DNA of 61,469 nt, the filler included. It is 6 parts of 6 records of this genome, joined end to end, with 100 filler letters (N's around TTAATTAATTAA, not from the genome) between each part and the next. Parts side by side here need not be neighbours in the genome. Positions count along the whole stretch, not along the records: positions 1 to 16,367 come from SRR20825006_1818; 5 more parts are not named here. One strand, written 5' to 3'. The notes under the pieces are model-generated. The model was not told the origin of the DNA and did no database searches. It saw nothing but the letters and a program-made list of their open reading frames with translations. The translations under genes and the position numbers were made by a program. Below, in pieces: positions 1-9,406 of this stretch. Within the stretch, counting starts at the first letter, position 1; each line of letters starts with the position of its first letter.

Positions 1-1
1 C

Positions 2-592
2 AAGACCAATCTCGACGGCTCGTACGCCTATCACTCGATCGGTATTGCCCGTGCCGACAGCGGCATCGCCTCGCTGGCCGACATGGAAGGCAAGACCTTC
101 GGTTTCGGCGATCCGAACTCGACCTCAGGCTACCTGATCCCAGCGGTTGAAATTCCGCAGGAAACCGGCGCCACCATGGAGAATGGCGATTACTTCGGCG
201 AAGTGCGCTTCACCGGCGGCCATGAGCAGACCATCGTTGCCGTCGCCAATGGCGATGTCGATGCCGGCGTGACCTGGGCCGACGGCCAGGGCGACTGGGC
301 CGATGGCTACAATTCGGGTGCTCTGCGCAAGGCCGTGGATTCGGGCCTGGTCGACATGAATGACCTGGTCGAAATCTGGAAGTCCAAGCCGATCCCGGAA
401 GGCCCGATCGTGCTGCGCCGTGCGCTGCCGGAAGACGTCAAGGCCCAGGTGGTCGAGTTCCTCTCGGGCCTGCATGCCCAGGACGAGCAGTGCGCCTACA
501 ACATGGCTGCCGGTGAGACCGCAGGCTTTGCTCCGATCACTCATGACGCCTACCAGACCATGATCGAGCTGCGCCAGAGCCAGGAAAACTAA
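2..592 (+). CDS. phnD: Phosphonate/phosphate ABC transporter substrate-binding protein (5'-partial)
   Basis: Frame open from position 2 (KTNLDGSYAYHSIG...); DPNSTSGYLIP and GGHE motifs typical of PhnD; followed by two PhnE permeases. Confidence 0.92.
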   Translation, partial: KTNLDGSYAYHSIGIARADSGIASLADMEGKTFGFGDPNSTSGYLIPAVEIPQETGATMENGDYFGEVRFTGGHEQTIVAVANGDVDAGVTWADGQGDWADGYNSGALRKAVDSGLVDMNDLVEIWKSKPIPEGPIVLRRALPEDVKAQVVEFLSGLHAQDEQCAYNMAAGETAGFAPITHDAYQTMIELRQSQEN

Positions 593-612
593 GTCTGGCC
601 GAGCCAGGCCCG

Positions 613-644
613 AGGGTCGGACGCCGAGTGCGCCCGACCCTTTT
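613..644 (+). terminator. GC-rich stem-loop with short U tract between phnD and phnE
   Basis: AGGGTCGGACGC-CGAGT-GCGCCCGACCCT-TTT (one mismatch in the stem). Confidence 0.6.
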
Positions 645-668
645 CGTATCATCGGGAGCCCCGTAGCC

Positions 669-1541
669 ATGTCAGATGTTGCCATCAGCGGTCGGACCGA
701 CCAACGGCCCCCGGATATCCGCGCCTCTTATCTGCGCGATCTGCAGCGTCGCAGGCTGTATTCCGGGCTGCTGCTAGCGATCTTTGCACTGCTCTTTGTG
801 TCCGGCTTCATGTTGGCGGACGATCGCAATGCCGGTGGCTTTTGGGACGGACTGCCGAAGGTATTCGACTTCCCGAGCGAGCTGGTTGCCGAGGCCGTCG
901 AGAAGGCGGCCAATCTGCCGGGCCATTTCGCGCGCTATTTCCCCTCGCTGCTGGAAACGATCAACATTGCGGCCGCTTCAACCCTGGTCGGGGCAATCCT
1001 GGCGAGTGTGATTTCGATGCTGGCGACCCGCGGGCTGGCGCGCTGGCCCGCGCTGATCCCCCTGTTCCGCCGCATCATGGATATCATGCGCGCCGTGCCC
1101 GAAGTGGTGATCGCCCTGGTGCTGATCTTCGTGCTGGGTGGTGGGCCGGTCGCGGCCATGATCGCTATTGCCTTTCACACCACTGGCGCACTGGGCAAAC
1201 TGTTCTCCGAGGTCAATGAAAATGCCGATTTGCGGCCGGTCGAAGGACTGGCTTCGGTCGGCTCGACCTGGACGCAGCGCATGTGGTTTGCGGTTTTGCC
1301 GCAGGTTGCGCCGAACTATCTCAGCTATGGCCTGATGCGGTTCGAGATCAATATTCGCGCCTCGGCCATTCTTGGCTTCGTTGGCTCGGGCGGGATTGGT
1401 TACGATCTGCGCAATGCCATGAGCTGGGGCAAGGGGCGCTATGACGAGGTCGCCGCCATCTTCATTTTGCTGCTTGGCGCGATCGTGATCGTTGATCAGC
1501 TCTCAAGCCATTACCGCAATCGTTTGGTTCGGGGGGTATGA
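669..1541 (+). CDS. phnE: Phosphonate ABC transporter permease
   Basis: GALGKLFSEVNE, EAA-like loop, RFEINIRASAILGFVGSGGIG PhnE signature. Confidence 0.93.
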   Translation: MSDVAISGRTDQRPPDIRASYLRDLQRRRLYSGLLLAIFALLFVSGFMLADDRNAGGFWDGLPKVFDFPSELVAEAVEKAANLPGHFARYFPSLLETINIAAASTLVGAILASVISMLATRGLARWPALIPLFRRIMDIMRAVPEVVIALVLIFVLGGGPVAAMIAIAFHTTGALGKLFSEVNENADLRPVEGLASVGSTWTQRMWFAVLPQVAPNYLSYGLMRFEINIRASAILGFVGSGGIGYDLRNAMSWGKGRYDEVAAIFILLLGAIVIVDQLSSHYRNRLVRGV

Positions 1542-2884
1542 CCATGGCGCTCTCAGCAACTGGATTGGATTTGCGCGCCGAGGCATCGGCGCTGTTCCGG
1601 CGCAAGCGCATGATCAGCATCGGCCTGCCACTGCTGGTGCTGGCCTATTTCGTCTATATCTTCTTCAGCTTCGATATTGCCGGCATCGCCGAACGGGCGC
1701 GCCCGGATAACGCGCGCATTCTGCTTTCCGATACCTACAGCTTCAAGACCCATGTCACCCGCAACAACCGGTCAGGTGACTTCACGGTGGCCATCGAGGG
1801 GGAGACCAAGGGCACCTATGCACCTGGCGTGGCGCCCGACTGGGTTTCCCTCAATGGTGATGACGCCGATGTGCGGCTCGATGACGGTTCCGTGGTGCAG
1901 TTCCGCGGTGACACGGTCTCGGTCGACCTGCCCGATTTTGGCATTATCGTATTGCGCTCGGGTGGCGGTGACATCGCGTTGAATTTGCCCACGGACGAGG
2001 TGCCGGACTGGATCAGCGCATCGGCAACGCGCGTGTCGCTGACGCTGCCGGCGGGCCGTGTGCAGGTGACGCGCTCCAAATCCGAGGTGTTCCGCTATGA
2101 GGGCGGGTGGGAGTTGTTCTTCTTTACCCTGGACAGTCCATTTCATGGCCGCAGTTTTGGCGAGCTGGCGGCGCTGACTGTGTCAGCGGAACAGGTGGTG
2201 CCGGGCAAGCCCAATATCGTCGCCATGGTGGAAGGCTTCTGGACCAATACCATGTGGCGCCATGGCGATGTGTTCTGGGCGCTCTGCGAGACCGTGCTGA
2301 TGGCGTTTCTTGGCACTTTCGGCGCGGGCATGATCGCCTTGCCGATCGCGTTTTTGGCCGCGTCGAACTTCACCCCTGCGCGTCCCCTGCGCTTTGCCAT
2401 GCGTCGCATCTTCGACTTCCTGCGCGGCGTGGATGGTCTGATCTGGACGATCATTCTGTCACGCGCCTTCGGACCGGGGCCGATGACCGGCGCGCTTGCC
2501 ATCCTGCTTACCGATACGGGCAGTTTCGGCAAGCTGTTCTCCGAGGCGCTGGAAAATGTCGATGACAAGCAGATCGAGGGTGTTCGTTCCACCGGCGCCA
2601 ATGCCATGCAGCGGCACCGTTTCGGAGTTATACCGCAAATCGTGCCGGTGCTGATCAGCCAGCTTCTCTATTATTTCGAGTCCAATACGCGCTCGGCCAC
2701 GGTGATCGGTGCCATTGTCGGCGGGGGTATCGGCCTGTTGCTCACCCAGGCGATCAGCACGCAGAAGGATTGGGAAGAGGTCACCTATTATATCGTGTTG
2801 ATCGTGCTCATGGTCATGGCCATAGACACCCTGTCGGGCTGGTTGCGCCGTGCGTTGATCAAAGGTGATGAAAGCAGACACTGA
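1538..2884 (+). CDS. phnE: Second phosphonate ABC transporter permease with a large extracytoplasmic insertion
   Basis: ATGA overlap with the first phnE; GSFGKLFSEALEN and FESNTRSATVIG motifs. Confidence 0.92.
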   Translation: MTMALSATGLDLRAEASALFRRKRMISIGLPLLVLAYFVYIFFSFDIAGIAERARPDNARILLSDTYSFKTHVTRNNRSGDFTVAIEGETKGTYAPGVAPDWVSLNGDDADVRLDDGSVVQFRGDTVSVDLPDFGIIVLRSGGGDIALNLPTDEVPDWISASATRVSLTLPAGRVQVTRSKSEVFRYEGGWELFFFTLDSPFHGRSFGELAALTVSAEQVVPGKPNIVAMVEGFWTNTMWRHGDVFWALCETVLMAFLGTFGAGMIALPIAFLAASNFTPARPLRFAMRRIFDFLRGVDGLIWTIILSRAFGPGPMTGALAILLTDTGSFGKLFSEALENVDDKQIEGVRSTGANAMQRHRFGVIPQIVPVLISQLLYYFESNTRSATVIGAIVGGGIGLLLTQAISTQKDWEEVTYYIVLIVLMVMAIDTLSGWLRRALIKGDESRH

Positions 2885-2916
2885 TCCTGTTGCGGTCCAG
2901 GTGTAGAATGGCCTGC

Positions 2917-3948
2917 TTACGCGCTCTGCCGGCGGACGATTTCGAAGCCGATATTGTGAATCGCCGGGTCGGATGAGCCGGCAGAAAACCGGGTCAGAAG
3001 GGCGTTGGCGGCGGTCTGGCCCAGGACCTGCCGATCGATCCGGACGCTGGTCAGGGCGGGCTCTGTGCTGCCAGCAAAATCCTGATCGCCAAAGCCGATA
3101 ATGGCAACGTCTTGTGGAACCGAGAGACCGCGTGCGGAGGCTTCGATCAGGGCGCCGTGGGCGAACTGATCCGAGCTGCAAAACACCACGGCGCCGGGTG
3201 GCAGCTCATTCTCGAGCAGGGTGGCGAGGGCCTGGCGGCCCAGACCCAGTGTCGCGGAGGCCGCAAAGTCCAGTTGCTGCACCGAGCTGCCCGTCCGCTG
3301 CTCAAATCTATCGGCGAATGCATCCCTGCGGCGAATGGCCCGCTCGTCGCCGGCGGTGATCGTGGCTGCGTTCTTGTAGCCGGCATCTCCCGCGAAATCG
3401 GCTGTCGCCTGGCCGGATTCGGCATGGGAAAAGCCGACGCAGCAATCGATCGGGGTGTCTGAGATATCCCAGATTTCCACGACGGGAATGCCGGCATTGT
3501 GCAGCATGCGGCGCGCCACGGGGCTGTGTTGCACACCGGTGAGCAACAGCGCGTCGGGTCGCCTGGAAAGGTGTGCGACTATAGCCTGCTCCTCGCGGTC
3601 GAGGTCGAAGCCTGTCTCCGAAAGCATGATCTGATAGCCATGCGCCCACATGATGTCGGAGAAAGCATGAAGCATGCTGGCGTAGACGATGTTGGTGACC
3701 GATGGGACCAGCGCCGCAATCAGGTTGGATTTGTTCGATGCCAGGGCGCCGGCCACGGCGTTTGGCACGAAGCCGGTTCGGGCAATGGCATCGCGAATGC
3801 GCGCGAGCGTTTCGGGGGAGACTTTCCCGGGTGCGGACAGGGCTCTTGATACGGTGACCTGCGACACACCGGCGAGCCGGCCGATTTCGGCCATGGTCAC
3901 GCCGCTGATGCGGCGAGGCTGCGTCGAGTGTTTTCGTTGGCTGGCCAT
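2917..3948 (-). CDS. LacI-family transcriptional regulator (E. coli gluconate repressor-like)
   Basis: HTH TMAEIGRLAGVSQVTVSRAL, hinge GFVPNAVAGALAS, sugar-binding domain; start moved to MASQRK (3948) from the track's 4092. Confidence 0.9.
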   Translation of the reverse strand: MASQRKHSTQPRRISGVTMAEIGRLAGVSQVTVSRALSAPGKVSPETLARIRDAIARTGFVPNAVAGALASNKSNLIAALVPSVTNIVYASMLHAFSDIMWAHGYQIMLSETGFDLDREEQAIVAHLSRRPDALLLTGVQHSPVARRMLHNAGIPVVEIWDISDTPIDCCVGFSHAESGQATADFAGDAGYKNAATITAGDERAIRRRDAFADRFEQRTGSSVQQLDFAASATLGLGRQALATLLENELPPGAVVFCSSDQFAHGALIEASARGLSVPQDVAIIGFGDQDFAGSTEPALTSVRIDRQVLGQTAANALLTRFSAGSSDPAIHNIGFEIVRRQSA

Positions 3949-3979
3949 GACGCGCCCCTGGTCGGAACTGCAGCTCGTG

Positions 3980-3995
3980 ATGAATGCGGTATCAT
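3980..3995. promoter_or_regulatory. Putative LacI-family operator
   Basis: ATGAATG-CG-GTATCAT, imperfect palindrome with central CG just upstream of the LacI gene. Confidence 0.5.
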
Positions 3996-4063
3996 ACTTA
4001 GCATCCGGTCCAGTTCGGCGCCATATACCATGATTTCCTGCAATTCCTCTATCGCTGGGGCGA

Positions 4064-4091
4064 TTGACTCTATTTTGTGTATGCGCATACA
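4064..4091 (+). promoter_or_regulatory. Promoter of the dehydratase operon with overlapping palindromic operator
   Basis: TTGACT at 4064-4069; perfect 14-bp palindrome TGTATGCGCATACA at 4078-4091 over the -10 region. Confidence 0.6.
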
Positions 4092-4112
4092 TGACGCGCA
4101 GGGAGACGCTTT

Positions 4113-5855
4113 ATGGACAGGGTTGAGCGCAAGAAGGCAACGGATCTGCGATCGGCCCGGTGGTTCGCGCCTGACGATCTGCGCAGCTTCGGGCATCGCT
4201 CCCGGCTGATGCAGCTTGGCTATTCGGACGAAGATTTTATGGGGAAGCCGGTCATCGGCATTCTCAATACCTGGTCCGAGCTCAATGCCTGCCACAGCCA
4301 TTTTCCCGAGCGGGTCGAGGCAGTGAAGCGCGGCGTGCTGCAGGCCGGTGGTTTTCCGGTCGAGCTGCCGACCCTGTCGGTGGATGAGAGCTTCATCAAG
4401 CCGACCTCGATGCTCTATCGCAACATGCTGGCCATGGAAACCGAGGAGATGATCCGCGCACACCCGCTCGATGGCGTGGTGCTGATGGGCGGCTGTGACA
4501 AGACCACGCCGGGGCTGGTCATGGGCGGGATCACGGCAGGCGTGCCGATGATTTATCTGCCGGCCGGTCCGATGCTGCGGGGCAATTATGCAGGACAGGC
4601 GCTGGGTTCGGGCTCGGACGCCTGGAAATATTGGGACGAGCGCCGGGCGGGCAATGTCAGCGACGCGCAGTGGCGCGGCGTGCAAGGCGGCATTGCCCGG
4701 TCGGCCGGGGTCTGCATGACCATGGGCACGGCTTCGACCATGACGGCGATCACCGATGCGATGGGGCTGACAATGCCGGGCGCGTCCTCGATCCCGGCCG
4801 TGGATTCCGCGCATGCGCGCATGTCGGCGGATTGCGGACGACGGATCGTTGATATGGTCTGGGAGGATTTGACGCCTGAGCGGATCGTCACCGATGCCGC
4901 GGTGCGCAATGCAGCCATCGTGGCGATGGCCACGGGTTGCTCGACGAATGCCGTGGTTCATTTGATCGCCATGGCGCGTCGGGCCGGCGTGGCGCTGACC
5001 CTCGACGATCTCGATGTCCTGGGCCGCGAGACGCCATTGCTCGCCAATGTGCGTCCGTCTGGCAAGGACTATCTGATGGAGGATTTCTATTTCGCCGGGG
5101 GATTGCTCGCGCTGGAAAAACAGATTGCGGACAGGCTCGACACGACGGCAATGACTGCCAATGGAAAAACGCTGGGTGAGAATATCGCCGATGCAGTCGT
5201 CTATAATGACGACGTCATTCGTCCGCTCTCCAACCCGGTCTATCATGAGGGGTCGCTCGCCGTGCTGCGGGGCAATCTTTGTCCTGACGGTGCGATCATC
5301 AAGCCGGCGGCATGCGACCCGAAGTATTACATCCATGAAGGACCAGCGCTGGTCTTCGACTCCTATCCGGAGCTGAAGGCGGCCATTGACGATGAAGAAT
5401 TGGAGGTGACCCCGGACCATGTGCTGGTGCTGCGCAATGCGGGGCCGCAGGGCGGCCCGGGAATGCCAGAGTGGGGCATGCTGCCCATTCCCAAGGCGCT
5501 GATCAAACTGGGGCATCGCGATATGCTGCGGATTTCCGACGCGCGCATGTCGGGCACGTCCTATGGCGCGTGCGTACTGCATGTCGCGCCGGAGAGTTTC
5601 GTGGGTGGGCCGCTGGCGCTGCTGCAAACGGGCGACATCGTCCGTCTCGACCTGCCAAACCGGCGGCTGGACATGCTGGTCAGCGAAGATGAACTGGCGC
5701 GGCGCCGGGATGCCTGGACGCCACCCATGCCGCGTTTCGAGCGGGGCTGGGGCTGGATGTATTCGAGACACGTCACCCAGGCCGACAAGGGTTGCGACTT
5801 CGATTTTCTCGAACGCAATTTCGGCCGCGCGGCCGGCGAGCCGGACATTTTTTAG
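4113..5855 (+). CDS. araD: IlvD/Edd-family sugar-acid dehydratase (L-arabinonate dehydratase-like subfamily)
   Basis: [2Fe-2S] ligand motifs NACH, GGCDKT, GVCMTMGTAS; DARMSGTS; N-terminus LRSARWFAPDDLRSFGHRSR; exact substrate uncertain. Confidence 0.85.
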   Translation: MDRVERKKATDLRSARWFAPDDLRSFGHRSRLMQLGYSDEDFMGKPVIGILNTWSELNACHSHFPERVEAVKRGVLQAGGFPVELPTLSVDESFIKPTSMLYRNMLAMETEEMIRAHPLDGVVLMGGCDKTTPGLVMGGITAGVPMIYLPAGPMLRGNYAGQALGSGSDAWKYWDERRAGNVSDAQWRGVQGGIARSAGVCMTMGTASTMTAITDAMGLTMPGASSIPAVDSAHARMSADCGRRIVDMVWEDLTPERIVTDAAVRNAAIVAMATGCSTNAVVHLIAMARRAGVALTLDDLDVLGRETPLLANVRPSGKDYLMEDFYFAGGLLALEKQIADRLDTTAMTANGKTLGENIADAVVYNDDVIRPLSNPVYHEGSLAVLRGNLCPDGAIIKPAACDPKYYIHEGPALVFDSYPELKAAIDDEELEVTPDHVLVLRNAGPQGGPGMPEWGMLPIPKALIKLGHRDMLRISDARMSGTSYGACVLHVAPESFVGGPLALLQTGDIVRLDLPNRRLDMLVSEDELARRRDAWTPPMPRFERGWGWMYSRHVTQADKGCDFDFLERNFGRAAGEPDIF

Positions 5856-5870
5856 GGCAAGGGCATTTAC

Positions 5871-6770
5871 ATGGCACTTTCACTCGACGCGGCCCTTGCC
5901 GGCATTTCCGGCATATTGGTGACGCCCTATGACGAGAAGGGCGATGTCGCGCCTCTCCGGTTGAAACCGATCATCGAGCGCGCGTTGGGCGCTGGCCTGC
6001 ATATGCCGGTGGTCAATGGCAATACTGGCGAATTCTATGCACTGACCACCGAGGAAGCCTCGGCCATGGTGCGTGCGGTGGTCCGGCTGGTCGACGGCCG
6101 TGCACCTGTGCTGGCCGGCATCGGACGCGGCGTGCGTGACGCCATAACCCTGGCCAAGGTCTCTGCCGAGGCAGGGGCCACAGCGCTGATGGTGCATCAA
6201 CCACCTGATCCATTTGTGTCGCCACGCGGTATCGTCGACTATCTCAAGGCTGTCGTGGACGCATCGGGTGGCCTGCCGATGATGCTTTATCTGCGCAATG
6301 ATGCCATTGGCACCAAGGCCATAGCCGAGCTGTGCGCCTTGCCGCAGGTCAAAGGCATCAAGTGGGCCACGCCCAATCCGCTCAAGCTGGCGGAGGCCAA
6401 AGCCGCCTGCGACCCCTCGCTAGTCTGGGTTGGGGGGCTGGCTGAAATCTGGGCGCCGGCCTTTTATGCCGTGGGCGCCCGCGGGTTTACCTCTGGCCTG
6501 ATCAATGTCTGGCCGGAGCGGTCGTTGGCCATTCATGCGGCGCTGGAGGCGGGAGATTTCAGCAAAGCCAATGTGCTGATTGCCGGCATGAAAGCTTTCG
6601 AGGAAATTCGCGCCGAAGAAATGAACGGCACCAATGTGACCGGGGTGAAGGCCGCCCTGCTGGCGCTGGGGCGTGATTGCGGCCCGACGCGACCACCTTC
6701 AGCCTGGCCGTTGACGCCTGGCCAGCAGGCCAAGCTCGACGCCTTCATTGCAGCCAACCAACTCACCTGA
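5871..6770 (+). CDS. DapA/DHDPS-family aldolase or dehydratase (2-keto-3-deoxy sugar acid type)
   Basis: GNTGEFYALT motif, LYLR Tyr, Schiff-base Lys in GIKWA. Confidence 0.88.
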   Translation: MALSLDAALAGISGILVTPYDEKGDVAPLRLKPIIERALGAGLHMPVVNGNTGEFYALTTEEASAMVRAVVRLVDGRAPVLAGIGRGVRDAITLAKVSAEAGATALMVHQPPDPFVSPRGIVDYLKAVVDASGGLPMMLYLRNDAIGTKAIAELCALPQVKGIKWATPNPLKLAEAKAACDPSLVWVGGLAEIWAPAFYAVGARGFTSGLINVWPERSLAIHAALEAGDFSKANVLIAGMKAFEEIRAEEMNGTNVTGVKAALLALGRDCGPTRPPSAWPLTPGQQAKLDAFIAANQLT

Positions 6771-6781
6771 AAGGTGCCACA

Positions 6782-7492
6782 ATGGATGCCGACCTGCGCA
6801 GCAAACTATTGACCGTTTCGGTCGCTACCCTGGCGACGGCTCTGTTCAAGCGCGGCCTGCGCAACCAGGTGATCCAGGGTGTGCATCCGGTCAAGGCAAA
6901 GGGCGTCAACATGGTGGGGCCGGCCTATACGTTGCGCTATATTCCTGCGCGGGAGGACCGCAACCCGCTTACCGTCTTCCAGAACCTCGACCATCCACAG
7001 CGGGTGGCCATTGAAACCTGCCCGGCGGGCCATGTGCTGGTGATGGATAGCCGCAAGGATCCGCGGGCGGCTTCCGCCGGCGATATTCTGGTAACCCGGC
7101 TGATGGTGCGCGGCGTGGCAGGCGTGGTGACCGATGGCGGGTTCCGCGATGCAGCCACAATCGGCGAACTGGATATTCCCGCCTATCACAACCGTCCTTC
7201 CAGCCCCACCAATCTGACATTGCACGAGGCGCTCGATCTCAATGTGCCCATCGGTTGTGGTGATGTTGCTGTCTTTCCCGGTGATATCGTGGTGGGTGAC
7301 GACGACTGCGTCATCGTCATCCCCCAAGCCATTGCAGGCGAGGTGGCCGACGAGGCAGTCGAGATGACCGCTTACGAAGACTTCGTGGTCGAAAAGGTCA
7401 AGGCAGGGACGCCCATTATCGGCCTCTATCCGAGGACACACGAGCAATACGCCAGCGAGTTTGCGGCCTGGCGCAAGGGCAAGGGTCGCTGA
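6782..7492 (+). CDS. RraA/HMG-aldolase family protein
   Basis: ASAGDIL, GVVTDGGFRD, VFPGDIVVGDDD motifs; start moved to MDADLR (6782). Confidence 0.88.
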   Translation: MDADLRSKLLTVSVATLATALFKRGLRNQVIQGVHPVKAKGVNMVGPAYTLRYIPAREDRNPLTVFQNLDHPQRVAIETCPAGHVLVMDSRKDPRAASAGDILVTRLMVRGVAGVVTDGGFRDAATIGELDIPAYHNRPSSPTNLTLHEALDLNVPIGCGDVAVFPGDIVVGDDDCVIVIPQAIAGEVADEAVEMTAYEDFVVEKVKAGTPIIGLYPRTHEQYASEFAAWRKGKGR

Positions 7493-7522
7493 GCGCGGCC
7501 AGCATTGCCGTTCAGGAGGCCA

Positions 7523-8698
7523 TTACTGCGCCGGTTCGTGCAGGCCCAGTTCGGCCAGGATTTCGTCGGTATGCTGGCCCAGGGTTGGTGGGGGCGCATC
7601 CACACCCGGCCCGTCATGGTCGAACTTGAAACCCGCATTGAGGATCGATGTCCGTCCGACGGCCGCGTTGGGTACGTCGATCTCCAGCTGCAAATCGCGG
7701 TCCTGCAATTGGGGCAGGTCCAGAACATCGCGTACCGGCCGCACGGCACCGGCGGGCACGCCGGCAGCGGACAGTATTTGCTCCCATTCCAGCGCAGGCC
7801 TGGTGCGGAATGCGGCGGCCAGTTCGGCCTGAAGCGCTGCGTCGTGCTGCATGCGGCTGTCGCCATCGGCAAAGCGCGGATCACTGATGAGATCGGGGCG
7901 GTCCAAAGCGCCGCACAGACGCTCGTACTGGTTCTGTTGCACCGCGCCAATGGTGATGGGATCGTCCAGCGTCTCGAATGTATCGGCGGTCGGCGCCAGC
8001 GAGAAACCCCGATTGCCCGTCCGCATGGGCTCGGTCCCCGAAATCACCAGCGGGTTGACGACCGAGGCCATCATCACCAGCGATGCATCGAGCATGGACA
8101 TGTCGATGAACTGGCCGCGCCTGTCCGGATCGCGTTCACGCTGGATATAGGCCGACTGGATGGCGAAAGCGGCGAGCAGGGCGGAATAGGTATCAACCAA
8201 TGGAAAGCCGACGCGCATTGGCCCGCTATCGGGCTCGCCCGAAAGGCTCATCAGGCCGGAAACCGACTGGATGATCTGGTCAATGGCGGGGTAGTCGCGC
8301 ATCGGACCGGATTGTCCATAGCCTGAAATCGAGCAGAAGATCAGGCTGGGATGGACTTTCCTGAGGGCCCGATAGCCCAGGCCGAGACGGTCGATGACGC
8401 CGGGGCGGAAATTCTCGACAACGATGTCGCAGGTGCCGATCAGTCGCTGAGCCGCATCACGGCCAAATTCGGATTTGAGATCGAGCACTATCGACTTCTT
8501 GCCGGCATTGGCGCCGATAAAGGGCTCGGCCATGCCCCGCAATTCGCGACGCTGGGTGTAGTTTCGCAGAACATCACCGGTAGGCGGCTCGATCTTGATG
8601 ACCTCCGCGCCCAGCAGACGCAGGAAATGAGTCGCCAGCGGGCCCGCAATGACGTGACTGAAATCGGCAATCCTTACGCCGGCCAATGGTTGAGCCAA
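7523..8698 (-). CDS. CaiB/BaiF family III CoA-transferase (catalytic Asp present)
   Basis: PLAGVRIADFSHVIAGP, VENFRPG, SISGYGQSGP, FPLVDTYSA; TTG start preceded by a GGAGG RBS. Confidence 0.92.
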   Translation of the reverse strand: MAQPLAGVRIADFSHVIAGPLATHFLRLLGAEVIKIEPPTGDVLRNYTQRRELRGMAEPFIGANAGKKSIVLDLKSEFGRDAAQRLIGTCDIVVENFRPGVIDRLGLGYRALRKVHPSLIFCSISGYGQSGPMRDYPAIDQIIQSVSGLMSLSGEPDSGPMRVGFPLVDTYSALLAAFAIQSAYIQRERDPDRRGQFIDMSMLDASLVMMASVVNPLVISGTEPMRTGNRGFSLAPTADTFETLDDPITIGAVQQNQYERLCGALDRPDLISDPRFADGDSRMQHDAALQAELAAAFRTRPALEWEQILSAAGVPAGAVRPVRDVLDLPQLQDRDLQLEIDVPNAAVGRTSILNAGFKFDHDGPGVDAPPPTLGQHTDEILAELGLHEPAQ

Positions 8699-8714
8699 GG
8701 CGCTCCTCCCTCGT

Positions 8715-8737
8715 TATAGTTCATCAAATGAACTATA
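8715..8737. promoter_or_regulatory. Putative MarR operator, copy 1
   Basis: Perfect inverted repeat TATAGTTCAT-CAA-ATGAACTATA, just downstream of a minus-strand TTGACA (8754-8749). Confidence 0.8.
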
Positions 8738-8761
8738 CTGGGCTGCGTTGTCAAGTTGGCG

Positions 8762-9286
8762 TCACTCGTCGCCGTCCTCGGCAGAAGGTCCGCCGCTGGC
8801 GCGGCGTGCTTCGCTGCGGGTCATCAGATGGGTCAGGAGGCGATTGAGCAAGGCGAACAATTGTTCTTGCTCGGCCTTGGAGAAGGGCTCGATCAGCGCC
8901 TGGTGCTGGTCGGCCATGCGCGCCTGAATGCGGACATATTTTTCTTCGCCGGCAGGGGTCAATGAGAGGGCATTGTAGCGCTTGTCGGTGGCGACCTTCT
9001 GGCGACGCACCAGGCCGCGCTCTTCAAGTTCCTTGATGACCTTGGTGACGGCCGACTTCTTGAGCACCAGCGTCGAGGCGATCTCATTCTGCGATGTGCC
9101 CGGATTGAGCCCGATAAGGCAGATGACCACGATCTCGCCCTGCTGTGCGTCGATGTCGGCATAGAAATCCGCGTTTTCGGCCCGCACATAGGCGCGGAGC
9201 GCGCGCGAGAGAAAAGGGATGTTCCCCAGAAGGTTCCCCAACTCCAGCCCGGTGCGCGCGGGGTCAGTTGCGTCTAGCTCAGTCAT
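8762..9286 (-). CDS. MarR-family transcriptional regulator
   Basis: wHTH SQNEIASTLVLKKSAVTKVIKELEERGLV, DKR...LSLTPAG wing; start moved to MTELDA (9286); promoter TTGACT-N17-TAGTCA at 9340-9312. Confidence 0.9.
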   Translation of the reverse strand: MTELDATDPARTGLELGNLLGNIPFLSRALRAYVRAENADFYADIDAQQGEIVVICLIGLNPGTSQNEIASTLVLKKSAVTKVIKELEERGLVRRQKVATDKRYNALSLTPAGEEKYVRIQARMADQHQALIEPFSKAEQEQLFALLNRLLTHLMTRSEARRASGGPSAEDGDE

Positions 9287-9357
9287 TGGCAGCCCTCGTC
9301 TGGGTCGCCGGTGACTAGCGGCCATTGAGGGTCGAGTCAAACCGGAGCGAAGAGCGC

Positions 9358-9393
9358 TTGACATCCTTATTATAGTTCATAAAGTGAACTAAA
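9358..9393 (+). promoter_or_regulatory. Promoter of the HAD operon with putative MarR operator, copy 2
   Basis: TTGACA(9358)-N16-TAAAGT; TATAGTTCAT-AAA-GTGAACTAAA at 9371-9393. Confidence 0.78.
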
Positions 9394-9406
9394 ATGAGGT
9401 TGGGTC

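Noticed and set aside
3897-5771. 624-aa antisense ORF over the dehydratase
   Set aside because: Shadow ORF from GC-rich codon bias opposite a well-conserved gene; no recognisable motifs
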